Positions 49,653-59,517 of a stretch of 64,000 bases of DNA are shown here, piece after piece (positions within the stretch are counted from its first letter, which is position 1; each line of letters starts with the position of its first letter). This DNA is from an uncultured Gammaproteobacteria bacterium (lineage in GTDB: Bacteria > Patescibacteriota > Microgenomatia > Levybacterales > UBA12049), in NCBI GenBank assembly GCA_964637955.1, contig CAZWXQ010000002.1:135782-199781 (forward strand), given 5' to 3'. The notes below the pieces were generated by a model that saw only the letters and a program-made list of their open reading frames with translations, ran no database searches and had not been told where the DNA came from. The position numbers were made by a program, and so were the translations under genes.

Positions 49653-50485
49653 TGAAAATAAAGTTACCAAAAATCCTCAAGAAAGGATTTTTCACAAAAA
49701 GGCAAAGGTTTGTTGTTGGTGTATTAATTCTTTCAGCTCTTCTTTTTATAACGGATCATTTTTTAGCAAGGTCAAGCATATTTGTTTTGTTTATTTTATC
49801 CATTCTTACTAATGTATTTTTATATTGGGCTCTTCATAAAGATTTGCATGAACATTTTTCACCGCAGGTATTTATATTGCCTTTTCTTTACACATTAGGA
49901 TTTGGCCTTTTTTCACCATTGATTCCAGCAAGAATCTTAGCGGATCTGATTCTAACTGTTATTTATGCGATCGGACTATATTCACTATTCCTTTCACAAA
50001 ACATTTTCACCATTTCAGGGGTAAGGACGATTGCACTTCTGTCTGGAGCTAGAACTGTATCCTTCGTAATTACTATACTTACTTTCTTGTTTATAACAAC
50101 CGTAATTTTTAGCTTAAATTTGAATGTTTTCATAGCTTTATTATTCTTTTTCATGACATCATTTTTACTCACAATGCAATCGATTTGGACATATACGTTA
50201 GAGAAGAGTATTAAGAAAAATTTAGTTTATGTATTGCTATTAGCTATTTGTCAGCTTGAAGTCGCAATGCTTTTATGGTTTTGGCCCAACAGAAGCTGGC
50301 TGCTTTCTTCGTTTGATCCGCCGCCAGTTCTTATCTCACTCTTCTTAACTGGATTTTTCTATATATGCATTGGGTTATCTCATTTATGGTTTGAAAAGCG
50401 TTTATTTAAATCTACTCTTTGGGAATATGTATGGATTGGATTAATTGTATTTGTTTTTCTCGTTGCATTTACTTCATGGACATAA
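49652..50485 (+). CDS. Hypothetical polytopic membrane protein (277 aa)
   Basis: About 8 TM by hydropathy. Confidence 0.5.
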   Translation: MKIKLPKILKKGFFTKRQRFVVGVLILSALLFITDHFLARSSIFVLFILSILTNVFLYWALHKDLHEHFSPQVFILPFLYTLGFGLFSPLIPARILADLILTVIYAIGLYSLFLSQNIFTISGVRTIALLSGARTVSFVITILTFLFITTVIFSLNLNVFIALLFFFMTSFLLTMQSIWTYTLEKSIKKNLVYVLLLAICQLEVAMLLWFWPNRSWLLSSFDPPPVLISLFLTGFFYICIGLSHLWFEKRLFKSTLWEYVWIGLIVFVFLVAFTSWT

Positions 50486-50976
50486 GTATGTATTTAGCTT
50501 CATTTAGCCTCAAATATAGGGAGTAAAGGAGTGTACTTAAGAGTCAATCAAGAGATGTTAACTATATATTTATTTTTTTAGCCTCAAAAAATTATTTAAT
50601 TAGCTTCGATTTGTGCGTAAAGAAAATTTATACGATGTTGCTAAAGGGAAGAGGAGAGAGGGCATTGAGGCTAGATGATATAGTTTGATACATAATATAA
50701 ACTATAGGATGATATAGTTTGATATAGTCATAAAATTATTATAGGATATTATAGGATATAATTTAGCTTCAAATGTTCATTTTCACGAGATTTTATGCAC
50801 TATTTTCACAACCATACTGAGGTACATAGGGCTTCTTTCATGTAGGTGAATAAATCAATGATTAGCTTCTGCATTCGGAAATTATTGCGATATGATCATA
50901 TTATAAGGAAACGACATCCTCCTCTGGATTACTTATTGAGTCTAATTCTAAATCGAACAAAATACGAACGTTCTAA

Positions 50977-51345
50977 TTAATAAGATTTTGAGGCTAAAAT
51001 CAAACGATTAGATTGATTTAGCAAGCTAATTTTCACATTGTGGATAACCTCGAAGGGAGCGAGGTCTTCAGGAATCGATTCTTGCAAATCTTTTTGAGTA
51101 TCTTTAGAGAGAAGGACAATGTAATTGGCGAATTCATTATTATTTAATTTACTTACTGCTCTAAGAGCTATAAGTAAATTAATAGGTATTTTTAGCGGCA
51201 GGAAGCAGAAATTGTTTATGTCGTAGAATAATACTTTTACGACGCGACTGAGGCTGGTTTTGCCAGAGAAGACCCTTTTTACATACCAATTTTTTCCTAT
51301 ATATTCTTGCAATTTATATTTTTTATTTCTATATTCGCTACTCAT
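50977..51345 (-). CDS. Hypothetical protein (122 aa) embedded in the AT-rich repeat region
   Basis: ORF; weak STAS-like resemblance only. Confidence 0.3.
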   Translation of the reverse strand: MSSEYRNKKYKLQEYIGKNWYVKRVFSGKTSLSRVVKVLFYDINNFCFLPLKIPINLLIALRAVSKLNNNEFANYIVLLSKDTQKDLQESIPEDLAPFEVIHNVKISLLNQSNRLILASKSY

Positions 51346-51772
51346 AATTACCTGTTTTACTTATGCTAAAAATTTATACCCCTTCCCTACTATAGGTTTG
51401 TAATATATTGAAAATTCGAGGCTAAATGAAGCTAGGTTTTAATTACTATCGCACTCATCCAGCCTTGAAAGAGAGGTTATTTTATATTTACACGATGATA
51501 TTCGAATCTATATCTACAAGAGGGGTGAATGCTCTCGAGACATTAAATTGATGTTATTTAACACGCGTTCTGAAAACATCATTATAACTTTGTTGATTTA
51601 TTACCGAAATTCGGTAATAAGAGATACTACTGGTAAATTTGATTAGTTAAAACGTCTATTTGTACGTCAGTTTTAAAATAACGCGTCTAGGGCCGTTCTA
51701 GGGGCTCTTAGCCTCGAAGATTGGTAAATCTAGCCTCGAATTGGTTCCTATGGTATACTGAAATACTTAATT

Positions 51773-52582
51773 ATGTCTAATAATTTACCAATTGGTATTT
51801 TTGATTCTGGTGTCGGCGGACTTACCGTTGTTAAAGAAATTTTAAAATTTCTTCCAAATGAAAATTTAATTTATTTGGGAGACACAGCAAGGGTTCCATA
51901 TGGAACGCGTGACACCGAGACTGTAAATAAATTCTCAGATGAGTTAGTGCGTTTCATGTTAAAAAGTCAGGTTAAGTCAATCGTAGTGGCTTGCAATACG
52001 ATCTCAGCAATATCGTTATCGAACATATTAAAATCCGCTGGCGAGATCCCAGTGATCGATGTTATTGTGCCAACTATAGAATATGCATTAAGAAATAAAG
52101 ACGTTAATACTATTGGAATAATTGGAACTCAAGCAACAATTAATTCTAAGGTTTATGAGAACAAGATAAAAAATATAGACAAAGACGTAAAAGTTTTCAC
52201 AAAAGCATGTCCTTTATTTGTTCCTTTAGCTGAGGAAGGATTTTCGGAAACTCTGGAGGCTTTGCAAATTTCCAAAAAATATTTGAGTTATTTTGATGAC
52301 AAAAATTTGGATTTGCTTATTTTAGGATGCACTCATTATCCAATACTTAAAGGTGCTATTGAAAAGTCTTTGCGTCGCAGAATAAAGATAATTGATTCTG
52401 CCTTTCCTACTGCAGAAAAATTAAAAAAAGTTCTTTCTGAAAAAAAATTATTAAATACTGAAAATAAAAATCCAAAACTTGAGTTCTATGTTACTGATAA
52501 TCCCCTTCGGAGTCTGGAGATTGCAAATATGCTTTTTGAGGGTAAATTCCCTGGAAAAATTGAAAAAATTATTTTGGCTTAG
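51773..52582 (+). CDS. murI: Glutamate racemase
   Basis: IGIFDSGVGGLTV, YLGDTARVPYG, ...GCTHYP catalytic Cys motifs. Extended -10 TGGTATACT at about 51748. Confidence 0.85.
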   Translation: MSNNLPIGIFDSGVGGLTVVKEILKFLPNENLIYLGDTARVPYGTRDTETVNKFSDELVRFMLKSQVKSIVVACNTISAISLSNILKSAGEIPVIDVIVPTIEYALRNKDVNTIGIIGTQATINSKVYENKIKNIDKDVKVFTKACPLFVPLAEEGFSETLEALQISKKYLSYFDDKNLDLLILGCTHYPILKGAIEKSLRRRIKIIDSAFPTAEKLKKVLSEKKLLNTENKNPKLEFYVTDNPLRSLEIANMLFEGKFPGKIEKIILA

Positions 52583-53708
52583 AAAATATTGGTTGATTTG
52601 ATAAACATGATTCCCAAAGCCTTTCAGTGTACGCTTCATGTTGACTAGCTAAATCTGAATCTACGCTGTACATGTTTAATTCTGCAGTTCCAGCTCTTAT
52701 GCCAGACATAACTTCATTGTGCGAGCCAGACCAAACAACCGATTGGCCTTTTATCTTGAATTGCCAACTTTTACCATGCAGACCTCCTTCCGGACCAAAT
52801 CTAAATCTAAGATCAGATCCGCTTCTTATAATTCCTTTAGCAGCAAGTCGATTACTTACATACACAGGTGGTGAAAACTTATAAACATCTTGTTTCGAAG
52901 CAACTGCTCTAACTTGGACGCCTCTTTTTATTGCAGCATCAAGCCTTTTTAAAAGTTTATGTCCAGGTAAAAGTGGGAGTGAGGTAAAAATTTCATCATC
53001 TTTTTCTGTTCCGTCAATTAGATAGTTAGTAAAATCATATATTCTAGATCTTCCACTTTTTCCTGAATCATACACGAAATATGTGTCTGCGGTTCCCGGA
53101 ATAATTTCATCTTCTTTTGGTGGATTTATGCATATATCTGTGAGGGTTTCAACTAACTTTGGATCTGTTATTTTTACCATAAATCCATGCATTTTAAAGA
53201 CAGTATCATCTTCAGGATTAAAGTCTCCGATATAAGCGGTTTTGCCTACGATCCAGATTTTTTGATGGTCTGCACCGGCATATGGAAAAAATTGACGAAG
53301 CTTGGTATCAGGTCTTGTAAGTAGCAACTTAATATTTGTTTCAGCTTTAATTTTTTCGTGTAAAGCTTTAGTCTTAGAATATGAATTTTCAATTTCATCT
53401 CTGTTTGGGTAAAAAGGAATATGCCTAACGTATGATGGAACACCTTGAGTCCTAAATAAGCTTAATGGATTATGTAAAATTCTTACATCAGCATTTCTGT
53501 TGGCTGCATCATTTAAATGAGGTAAGATGCTGTTGGCAAATTCTCCGGCTTGAAAATCCAATCCTTTTATCCATACTCTGCCTCCGTCCCCTACTTTATT
53601 TATTTCTCCGTTAAGGTCATCCAAAACGTCCCAAGGATTATCCATCAGCTTAAATCGTTCTTGAGGTTTTATTTTTTCTGTTTCAATATGCTCCGGTTGT
53701 CTTTCCAT
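52569..53708 (-). CDS. PLD-superfamily protein with two degenerate HKD motifs
   Basis: HQKIWIVGKTAYIGDFN and HGKSWQFKIKGQSVVWSGSHN (HxK...GSxN). No TM segment. Confidence 0.55.
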   Translation of the reverse strand: MERQPEHIETEKIKPQERFKLMDNPWDVLDDLNGEINKVGDGGRVWIKGLDFQAGEFANSILPHLNDAANRNADVRILHNPLSLFRTQGVPSYVRHIPFYPNRDEIENSYSKTKALHEKIKAETNIKLLLTRPDTKLRQFFPYAGADHQKIWIVGKTAYIGDFNPEDDTVFKMHGFMVKITDPKLVETLTDICINPPKEDEIIPGTADTYFVYDSGKSGRSRIYDFTNYLIDGTEKDDEIFTSLPLLPGHKLLKRLDAAIKRGVQVRAVASKQDVYKFSPPVYVSNRLAAKGIIRSGSDLRFRFGPEGGLHGKSWQFKIKGQSVVWSGSHNEVMSGIRAGTAELNMYSVDSDLASQHEAYTERLWESCLSNQPIFSKPK

Positions 53709-53769
53709 TGTTATGGCGGAATTTTAACAAATACCAGGATTTAAATCAAAATAATTATTGTTTTCTTAT

Positions 53770-54492
53770 TTAACTTTGGGGCGTAGGCTCTGATGTTAGT
53801 GGAATTCCAAGTGCAATTCTTTCAGTAGGGATAACTCTTCCTGAATTTAATTTTCCTATCAAATGTCCATGAGAATCCGATGAAGCTTGCGCAATTTTTC
53901 CTTTATCAATTGTTGTGATGTGTCTTTCAGTTGCTCTACTGTTATTAATGAACCCTACCGTTTGAATCTGATTGCCCAGAAGCGTTCCTACTACGAGCTC
54001 AACTGCTAGCCAATTACTTTGTCCTACTCCGTCTCCGGGATCTTTACCAAGTGCATATGGAGAATTTTTAATTACTATTGGAGAGCTTCCATCCCAAGCT
54101 AAGCCATTTATCGAGCGAATTTTTTCGAGGTCAATTTCCTCATCCGTGTTACTTGGTGACTTTCTTATATTTAGATTGGATCCATCTACGCTCATGTCAA
54201 TTCTGTATGCAGCAGTGTCTATGCCTGCAATTTCTCCATTGGAAAGCATCTCAGTTAGGGTTATTTCGCGTTGTGCTGTTTTGTCATATTCATTAAATCC
54301 TACTGCAACTATTTCAACTGCTCCTGCTGCTATTACTCCGGCGAGCGCAATATTCCTAATCCTTCTAAATATAGATCTGTTATTTGTAGCTCTCGGTTTT
54401 ACTATCCGCTCAGAATTAGGTCGAGCATTGTAATCTCTGTCTGGTCTTGCTGGGCTAAATTCTTGTGGCATGATATATTTTATAGCATTCAT
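53770..54492 (-). CDS. Hypothetical membrane-anchored protein (240 aa; single TM, then an extracytoplasmic domain)
   Basis: TM IALAGVIAAGAVEIVAV; ORF. Confidence 0.45.
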   Translation of the reverse strand: MNAIKYIMPQEFSPARPDRDYNARPNSERIVKPRATNNRSIFRRIRNIALAGVIAAGAVEIVAVGFNEYDKTAQREITLTEMLSNGEIAGIDTAAYRIDMSVDGSNLNIRKSPSNTDEEIDLEKIRSINGLAWDGSSPIVIKNSPYALGKDPGDGVGQSNWLAVELVVGTLLGNQIQTVGFINNSRATERHITTIDKGKIAQASSDSHGHLIGKLNSGRVIPTERIALGIPLTSEPTPQS

Positions 54493-55217
54493 TTAGCTAT
54501 TTATGCAAATTAACCAATTTTATGCTTTATGTTGTTGTGGGTAAATAAATTGCTCAAGAATTTTTGTGCTTTTTTATAATCTTTGGTGTTTTTGAAGAGA
54601 ATTGTTTAAAGATCCACTCTAGCCAGAGCAAAATATATAGTCGTTCGTATTTTATTCGTAAATTTCAGTTACTGGGATTTGTAAGGGAAAAACTAGAGGC
54701 CTCTTTATGCAATTGATTATTTTAAATTTGATAATTTTTAATTATTTAGGTTAATAAATAATAACGATTATTGTGAATATTTTAAGTCATTATTAATTTA
54801 CTTAGGCTTGTAGCTTATTCGTATTTGGAGTATTAAATTAGAATATATTATATGTTTTTGATTTTTACTTAATTGTGCTTATTAATTCTCAATACATTAT
54901 TCAAATATTCAATCTTGTTTTGTTTAATAATCAATTTATATTGTTTATGGTTTTGTGAACATGATGATTTGGTTGGTCTACTAAGCCCAGTGTTTTCTTA
55001 GATGTTGCAGAATCGTTTTTAATGTCGTAGAATAAATAATGTGAAACAAATCTGCCTCACATTATTCTTAGATTTTACAACGTCTTCGACATCGCAAAAT
55101 CTAAGATATCTTTTGATATATTTTGATATAAAAATACTTGAAATGTGGCACTCTCCCCTCCCCTCTGCTAATAGCAATTATCGAAAAAATTTAGCCTTAA
55201 TTTTTAACTAAAATTTT

Positions 55218-56150
55218 ATGCAAGAAAAGCTGCCGAAGCTAATTGACGATTTTTTAGAATACTTAGAAATAGAAAAAAATTGCAGTAAGCTTACAATTCG
55301 AGACTACAGACATTATCTTGATGTTTTTTTAGATTGGTATATTGTTAATATTCCATCAAAAGATCTTGAAAATTTGGATCTTTCTGACATAAGAAAGTAT
55401 AGAGTTTTTCTATCCAATAAAACTGACGAGAAAGGTGCTGGTCTTAAAAGAGTTACTCAGAATTATTACATCATTGCTCTTCGTTCATTCCTAAGGTTTC
55501 TTATTAAAAATGACTATAAAACACTTGAGCCATCAAAAATTGATTTACCTAAGACAGAAAGCAGGTCTTTGAAGTTTTTGGAGCGTGAGCAGGTGGATCG
55601 ATTGGTCACAGCTGCAGATACTTCAAAAGAGGAAGGGATAAGAGATAGGACGATCATGGAGTTGCTTTTTTCTACAGGCCTTCGTGTTTCTGAGCTCACC
55701 AAGCTTAATCGAGATCAGATAAATTTGGATCGCAAGGAGTTTGGAGTAATAGGAAAAGGAGGTCGATCAAGAATTGTGTTCGTTTCTGACCGTGCAGCTG
55801 AGTGGATAAATAATTACCTCAAGGCAAGAAAAGACGAATATAAGCCTCTTTTTATCAGGTATTCAGGTGCAGTTGATGAAACTAATAATGGTGAAAAAAT
55901 GAGGCTCACTCCCCGCTCAGTTGAGCGCATAGTTAAAAAATATGTAAAAATTACCAGATTACCAGTTGACGCTACTGTTCATACGCTTAGGCACTCATTT
56001 GCTACAGATCTGCTTACAAATGGAGCAGATATCAGAAGCGTTCAGGAGATGCTTGGGCATAAAAATATAGCCACGACTCAAATATATACTCACGTAACAA
56101 ATAAACAGCTTAGAGAGGTACATAAATCATTCCACAGTGGTAATAAATAA
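55218..56150 (+). CDS. XerC/XerD-type tyrosine site-specific recombinase
   Basis: R...HxxR...Y box: ELLFSTGLRVSEL, HTLRHSFATDLL, GHKNIATTQIYTHV. Confidence 0.8.
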   Translation: MQEKLPKLIDDFLEYLEIEKNCSKLTIRDYRHYLDVFLDWYIVNIPSKDLENLDLSDIRKYRVFLSNKTDEKGAGLKRVTQNYYIIALRSFLRFLIKNDYKTLEPSKIDLPKTESRSLKFLEREQVDRLVTAADTSKEEGIRDRTIMELLFSTGLRVSELTKLNRDQINLDRKEFGVIGKGGRSRIVFVSDRAAEWINNYLKARKDEYKPLFIRYSGAVDETNNGEKMRLTPRSVERIVKKYVKITRLPVDATVHTLRHSFATDLLTNGADIRSVQEMLGHKNIATTQIYTHVTNKQLREVHKSFHSGNK

Positions 56151-56151
56151 T

Positions 56152-56529
56152 TCAATTATCTCGAATAAGTTCTTGGAGGTTAAGTCCTTTATTGCCTAAT
56201 TCGCCAGCGATAAATCCTGCATGTATGTCCGATCTTCTTTTTTCTCGGCTTCTTTTTTCTTCCATTAACGCAATGTCTTTAGCTAATATAGCAGGATCTA
56301 CTTCGATTTCTCCAGGCTGAAGATCTCCTTGACCATCTCCTGGTATTTCGCTTGGGCTTGGATTGATATGCGGTAATACCTGACCATCCCTGAAAGTTAT
56401 TTGTCTTCTTAGGGTTAGGCTCGTATCAGGCGTAATTCCCCTGACGGGTATAGGAACATGTGGTGTTTCTTGGTGAATATCTCGCTCAATCACAACGCAA
56501 ATAATATTGCAGAGAATGATAAGTAACAA
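56152..56529 (-). CDS. Hypothetical protein (125 aa)
   Basis: ORF only. Confidence 0.4.
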   Translation of the reverse strand: MLLIILCNIICVVIERDIHQETPHVPIPVRGITPDTSLTLRRQITFRDGQVLPHINPSPSEIPGDGQGDLQPGEIEVDPAILAKDIALMEEKRSREKRRSDIHAGFIAGELGNKGLNLQELIRDN

Positions 56530-56708
56530 AAGCTAATTGTTTCCACTTATTCTCTTTTTATAAAAATTTACTTTTTCGCGGGCCCGAGAGGCTTGAGTGT
56601 AGTTTCCTTTTAATGTTTCTCTGACTTGTAAGAGAAACGCTTTTTGAAATTTTACTTCGTCGCGACTCATAATTTAGTAATTTGATTTTGGTAAATCACA
56701 ACTATTTA

Positions 56709-57518
56709 TTATAGTACTTGGTAAGTTAATATTACTGTGACTTCAATGTTGTTTTCTCCTGGAGTGATTGATGTTGCTGGGGCACCTGCTTTAGCGTCCA
56801 AAGCCATTGCTTCGTTTTGCATAACAGGCATTGGGTAAATTCCGCCAAACGTTTCCCTGACATTTATAACATTGCCTAGTTTTATTCCTGATGCTTTTGC
56901 TAATCCCTCTGCTGATGCTTTTGCTTTATTAACTGCTTCAATTCTCGCTTCGTTCTTAAGTTTAATTTCTGTTGCATCGTCAAGTGTAAATGAAATTCCA
57001 CCAACTAAATTTGCCCCTCCAGCTGTAGCTGCATCAACTGCCGCATTTGCCTTATCAATTGGAACTTCAACTTCAAAATTCTGAGACACTGTATATCCAG
57101 ATATTCTTTGATTATCGCCTATCGTTAGATTGGCGTAATTTGGATTTACAGAATAGTTTGTGGTTTTTATATCTTTTTCTTCAACACCAAGCGCCTTAAG
57201 GCTATTTGTAATTTGAGTTGCAGCTTTATTTGTTTTTGCTTGAGCTTCTGTAACGGTTGCTCCTGTTTGGGTAACGCCCATGTTGATTACTGCTTTGTCT
57301 GGAGCTGCTGATGCCTTGCCGGTTCCAGTTGCTTCAAAAGGTGTTGAATTGAGTGTATTTATGTTATTTACTGTAAAGGGAATCGGACCAGCAATTTTTG
57401 TGTAGACAAAAAGAATAATAAAGAATGCTACCACTGCGCCTATTAATTCTCCCCCGCCCTTGTATTTCATTTTTTCCATCGCCTTTATATATAAATATAT
57501 CTTGGAGTAGCTTGTCAA
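56709..57518 (-). CDS. SIMPL-domain (DUF541) protein, membrane-anchored
   Basis: N-terminal TM and ...VINMGVTQTGATVTEAQ...TNYSVNPNY pattern. Confidence 0.55.
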   Translation of the reverse strand: MTSYSKIYLYIKAMEKMKYKGGGELIGAVVAFFIILFVYTKIAGPIPFTVNNINTLNSTPFEATGTGKASAAPDKAVINMGVTQTGATVTEAQAKTNKAATQITNSLKALGVEEKDIKTTNYSVNPNYANLTIGDNQRISGYTVSQNFEVEVPIDKANAAVDAATAGGANLVGGISFTLDDATEIKLKNEARIEAVNKAKASAEGLAKASGIKLGNVINVRETFGGIYPMPVMQNEAMALDAKAGAPATSITPGENNIEVTVILTYQVL

Positions 57519-57546
57519 GTGGGTGGATATGTAGCGTATCTAAGGC

Positions 57547-57972
57547 TTATAGGACGCAAGATGCAGAGACCAAATCTCCCTCGTGCAGGGCTTTGCTTCC
57601 ATTTTGACTTTGGATGGAAATATAATAATTACCCGTTCCACAAGCTCGTTTACTAATTTTCCAATAACTATCATTTTTAATTACCTCAATTTGATTTACA
57701 TCCGACTGTTTTGGCTCCTCTATAGTTACTGGATAACTTTTTTGAGATGGAGCTTCAATTTGAGTATTAACCACACTTACTTTTGGAGAAGGGTTTAGAT
57801 CTAGGTTCGAAAGAGAAAGAATTAGAGGCGGTGTTATAGCTAAGATAAAAACGAAGCTGAAAACGATTGCAAGCTTTCTTTTTAGGCTTCTTTTATTTTT
57901 CGGGGATTTATATACGTAGGTCGATTCATTGTCCCAATAATCATATTCGTGTTTTTTTCGTTTACCTAGCAT
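57547..57972 (-). CDS. Hypothetical membrane-anchored protein (141 aa)
   Basis: TM LAIVFSFVFILAITPPLILSL. Confidence 0.45.
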   Translation of the reverse strand: MLGKRKKHEYDYWDNESTYVYKSPKNKRSLKRKLAIVFSFVFILAITPPLILSLSNLDLNPSPKVSVVNTQIEAPSQKSYPVTIEEPKQSDVNQIEVIKNDSYWKISKRACGTGNYYISIQSQNGSKALHEGDLVSASCVL

Positions 57973-58308
57973 AGTTTTGGGATTCTAGCACACTATGAGT
58001 TGGGCTGTCAAATTAGTATTTATTGCCAAATCAGTGTTTGATTGAGTAAAAAAATAATTGACTATAAGTTTGTTTAAAATTGTAATCTCGTGTATCCTTA
58101 TGGTCTTTCATAGAAAATGTTCGATGAGTACTGCGGCTTGAATTTAAGCAATAGATTGCTTGTTCTTGCGCTTGAATTACCCCTCACAGAGACTGTAATT
58201 TAAGTACTGCGCCTCTGAGTTTTAAGAAATAAAAAAACTTGATACATCAAGCTTATTCTTGACTTGCGCTTTTGTAGCCTTATTTAGTAATTTCTCGAAA
58301 AGTACTTC

Positions 58309-58338
58309 GCGCTATTCTTAAATGAATAAGAATAGCGC
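58309..58338. promoter_or_regulatory. Perfect 12-bp-arm palindrome GCGCTATTCTTA-aatgaa-TAAGAATAGCGC abutting a TTGACA -35 box (58339-58344): candidate operator plus promoter
   Basis: Seen in sequence. Confidence 0.5.
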
Positions 58339-58485
58339 TTGACATCATTTTTTGTAATTGGCATTATTAGATTAATGGCGGAGGTTATGTGTCCCGCAGA
58401 TCCTTTTTACAGCCGAGATTTTAATTATCTCGAATTTTTTTTGCAACCACTTTTTCTCCCAGATGCGCAAAGGAGGGAGAAGTAA

Positions 58486-59517
58486 ATGTCCCAAGGTGTT
58501 GAGGCAGGCTTTACCCCAGACCTTATTAGAGAAGCTTCACCTAGCGCCGACCCAATTCAAATTGATGTTTATACGCATCCTTCTATGGAAGTAATTAGAG
58601 AGCCGTTTAAATACTCGCTTCAAGAAAAAATTTTCCAAGAATGGGCGCATCTTTTAGGTGATGATTTTAATACGTATATGAATCTTGATGTTTTTAGAGA
58701 AAAAGCTGAGGAAGTGGTTGCATTATATAGTATGACTGAAAATTTTGATCAGGAAACATTTGATAGAAAAATGGCATATTTAAAGATCTCAGCATTAAGT
58801 ATTGCAACATCAATGGGGAGAGATGTATATGAGATTTGGGATAGGAAATTAACAGAAAAAATGCAAGAAAAATACGAACCAAATGCATTTACAAATATGA
58901 GGATGAGAGGATTTAGTATTGATGAAACTAGAGAATACTTAAAAGATTTATATAATCGAGGAATTGAATACCAGATGGTTGAAGTTGAAATTCCTGAATC
59001 AGAACAAGAGGCAAGAAGGCATAGGGCTCCTTCTTTCCCAGATGAATTGCAGGATTTTGCAGACACTTGGCAAAGAGCTGCATTTGGATCAGATTTAGAA
59101 AATAGCGATAGGATCCCCGTTATTATTGGCGAAGCATACGAATTAATGGATGAATTTAAGGATTTATCAGAAAATGAAATAAACGATTTGTCGGAAGGAG
59201 CAAAAGCAGATTTAATTTTAGGGGAAATTGCCGATGTTTTAATTGCTGCTGATGGATATTTTTCGGCAAAAGATATTGAAGTTGGAGCTCATCAGACAAT
59301 GGCATTTAAAAGAATGATCGACACTTATGGAGATCTTCCTAAATTAAGAAGGCTAGGTGTTCCAACAAGATATGCGATGCACTATCTACACGACACAAGA
59401 CATAGGATTGAAGAAGGTAAAAAGCCCAAGCCATCGCCTGTTCCAGGTTATAAGCCATTTTTTAGACAGATTGCGCAGCAGCAAGGACTAGGTTATGCAT
59501 CAGGCATGCTACATTAA
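58486..59517 (+). CDS. Hypothetical protein with a MazG-like (all-alpha NTP pyrophosphohydrolase) C-terminal region
   Basis: ...GEAYELMDEF...ADLILGEIADVLIAADGYF resembles the EExxE/D MazG metal-binding helices. SD AAGGAGGG. Confidence 0.4.
   Translation: MSQGVEAGFTPDLIREASPSADPIQIDVYTHPSMEVIREPFKYSLQEKIFQEWAHLLGDDFNTYMNLDVFREKAEEVVALYSMTENFDQETFDRKMAYLKISALSIATSMGRDVYEIWDRKLTEKMQEKYEPNAFTNMRMRGFSIDETREYLKDLYNRGIEYQMVEVEIPESEQEARRHRAPSFPDELQDFADTWQRAAFGSDLENSDRIPVIIGEAYELMDEFKDLSENEINDLSEGAKADLILGEIADVLIAADGYFSAKDIEVGAHQTMAFKRMIDTYGDLPKLRRLGVPTRYAMHYLHDTRHRIEEGKKPKPSPVPGYKPFFRQIAQQQGLGYASGMLH

Noticed and set aside
51038-51046. Perfect DnaA box TGTGGATAA suggesting oriC
   Set aside because: A single 9-mer is expected by chance about once in two in 64 kb on two strands. 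There is no cluster of boxes, and no dnaA/dnaN is nearby. It is kept only as a note inside the repeat-region finding.
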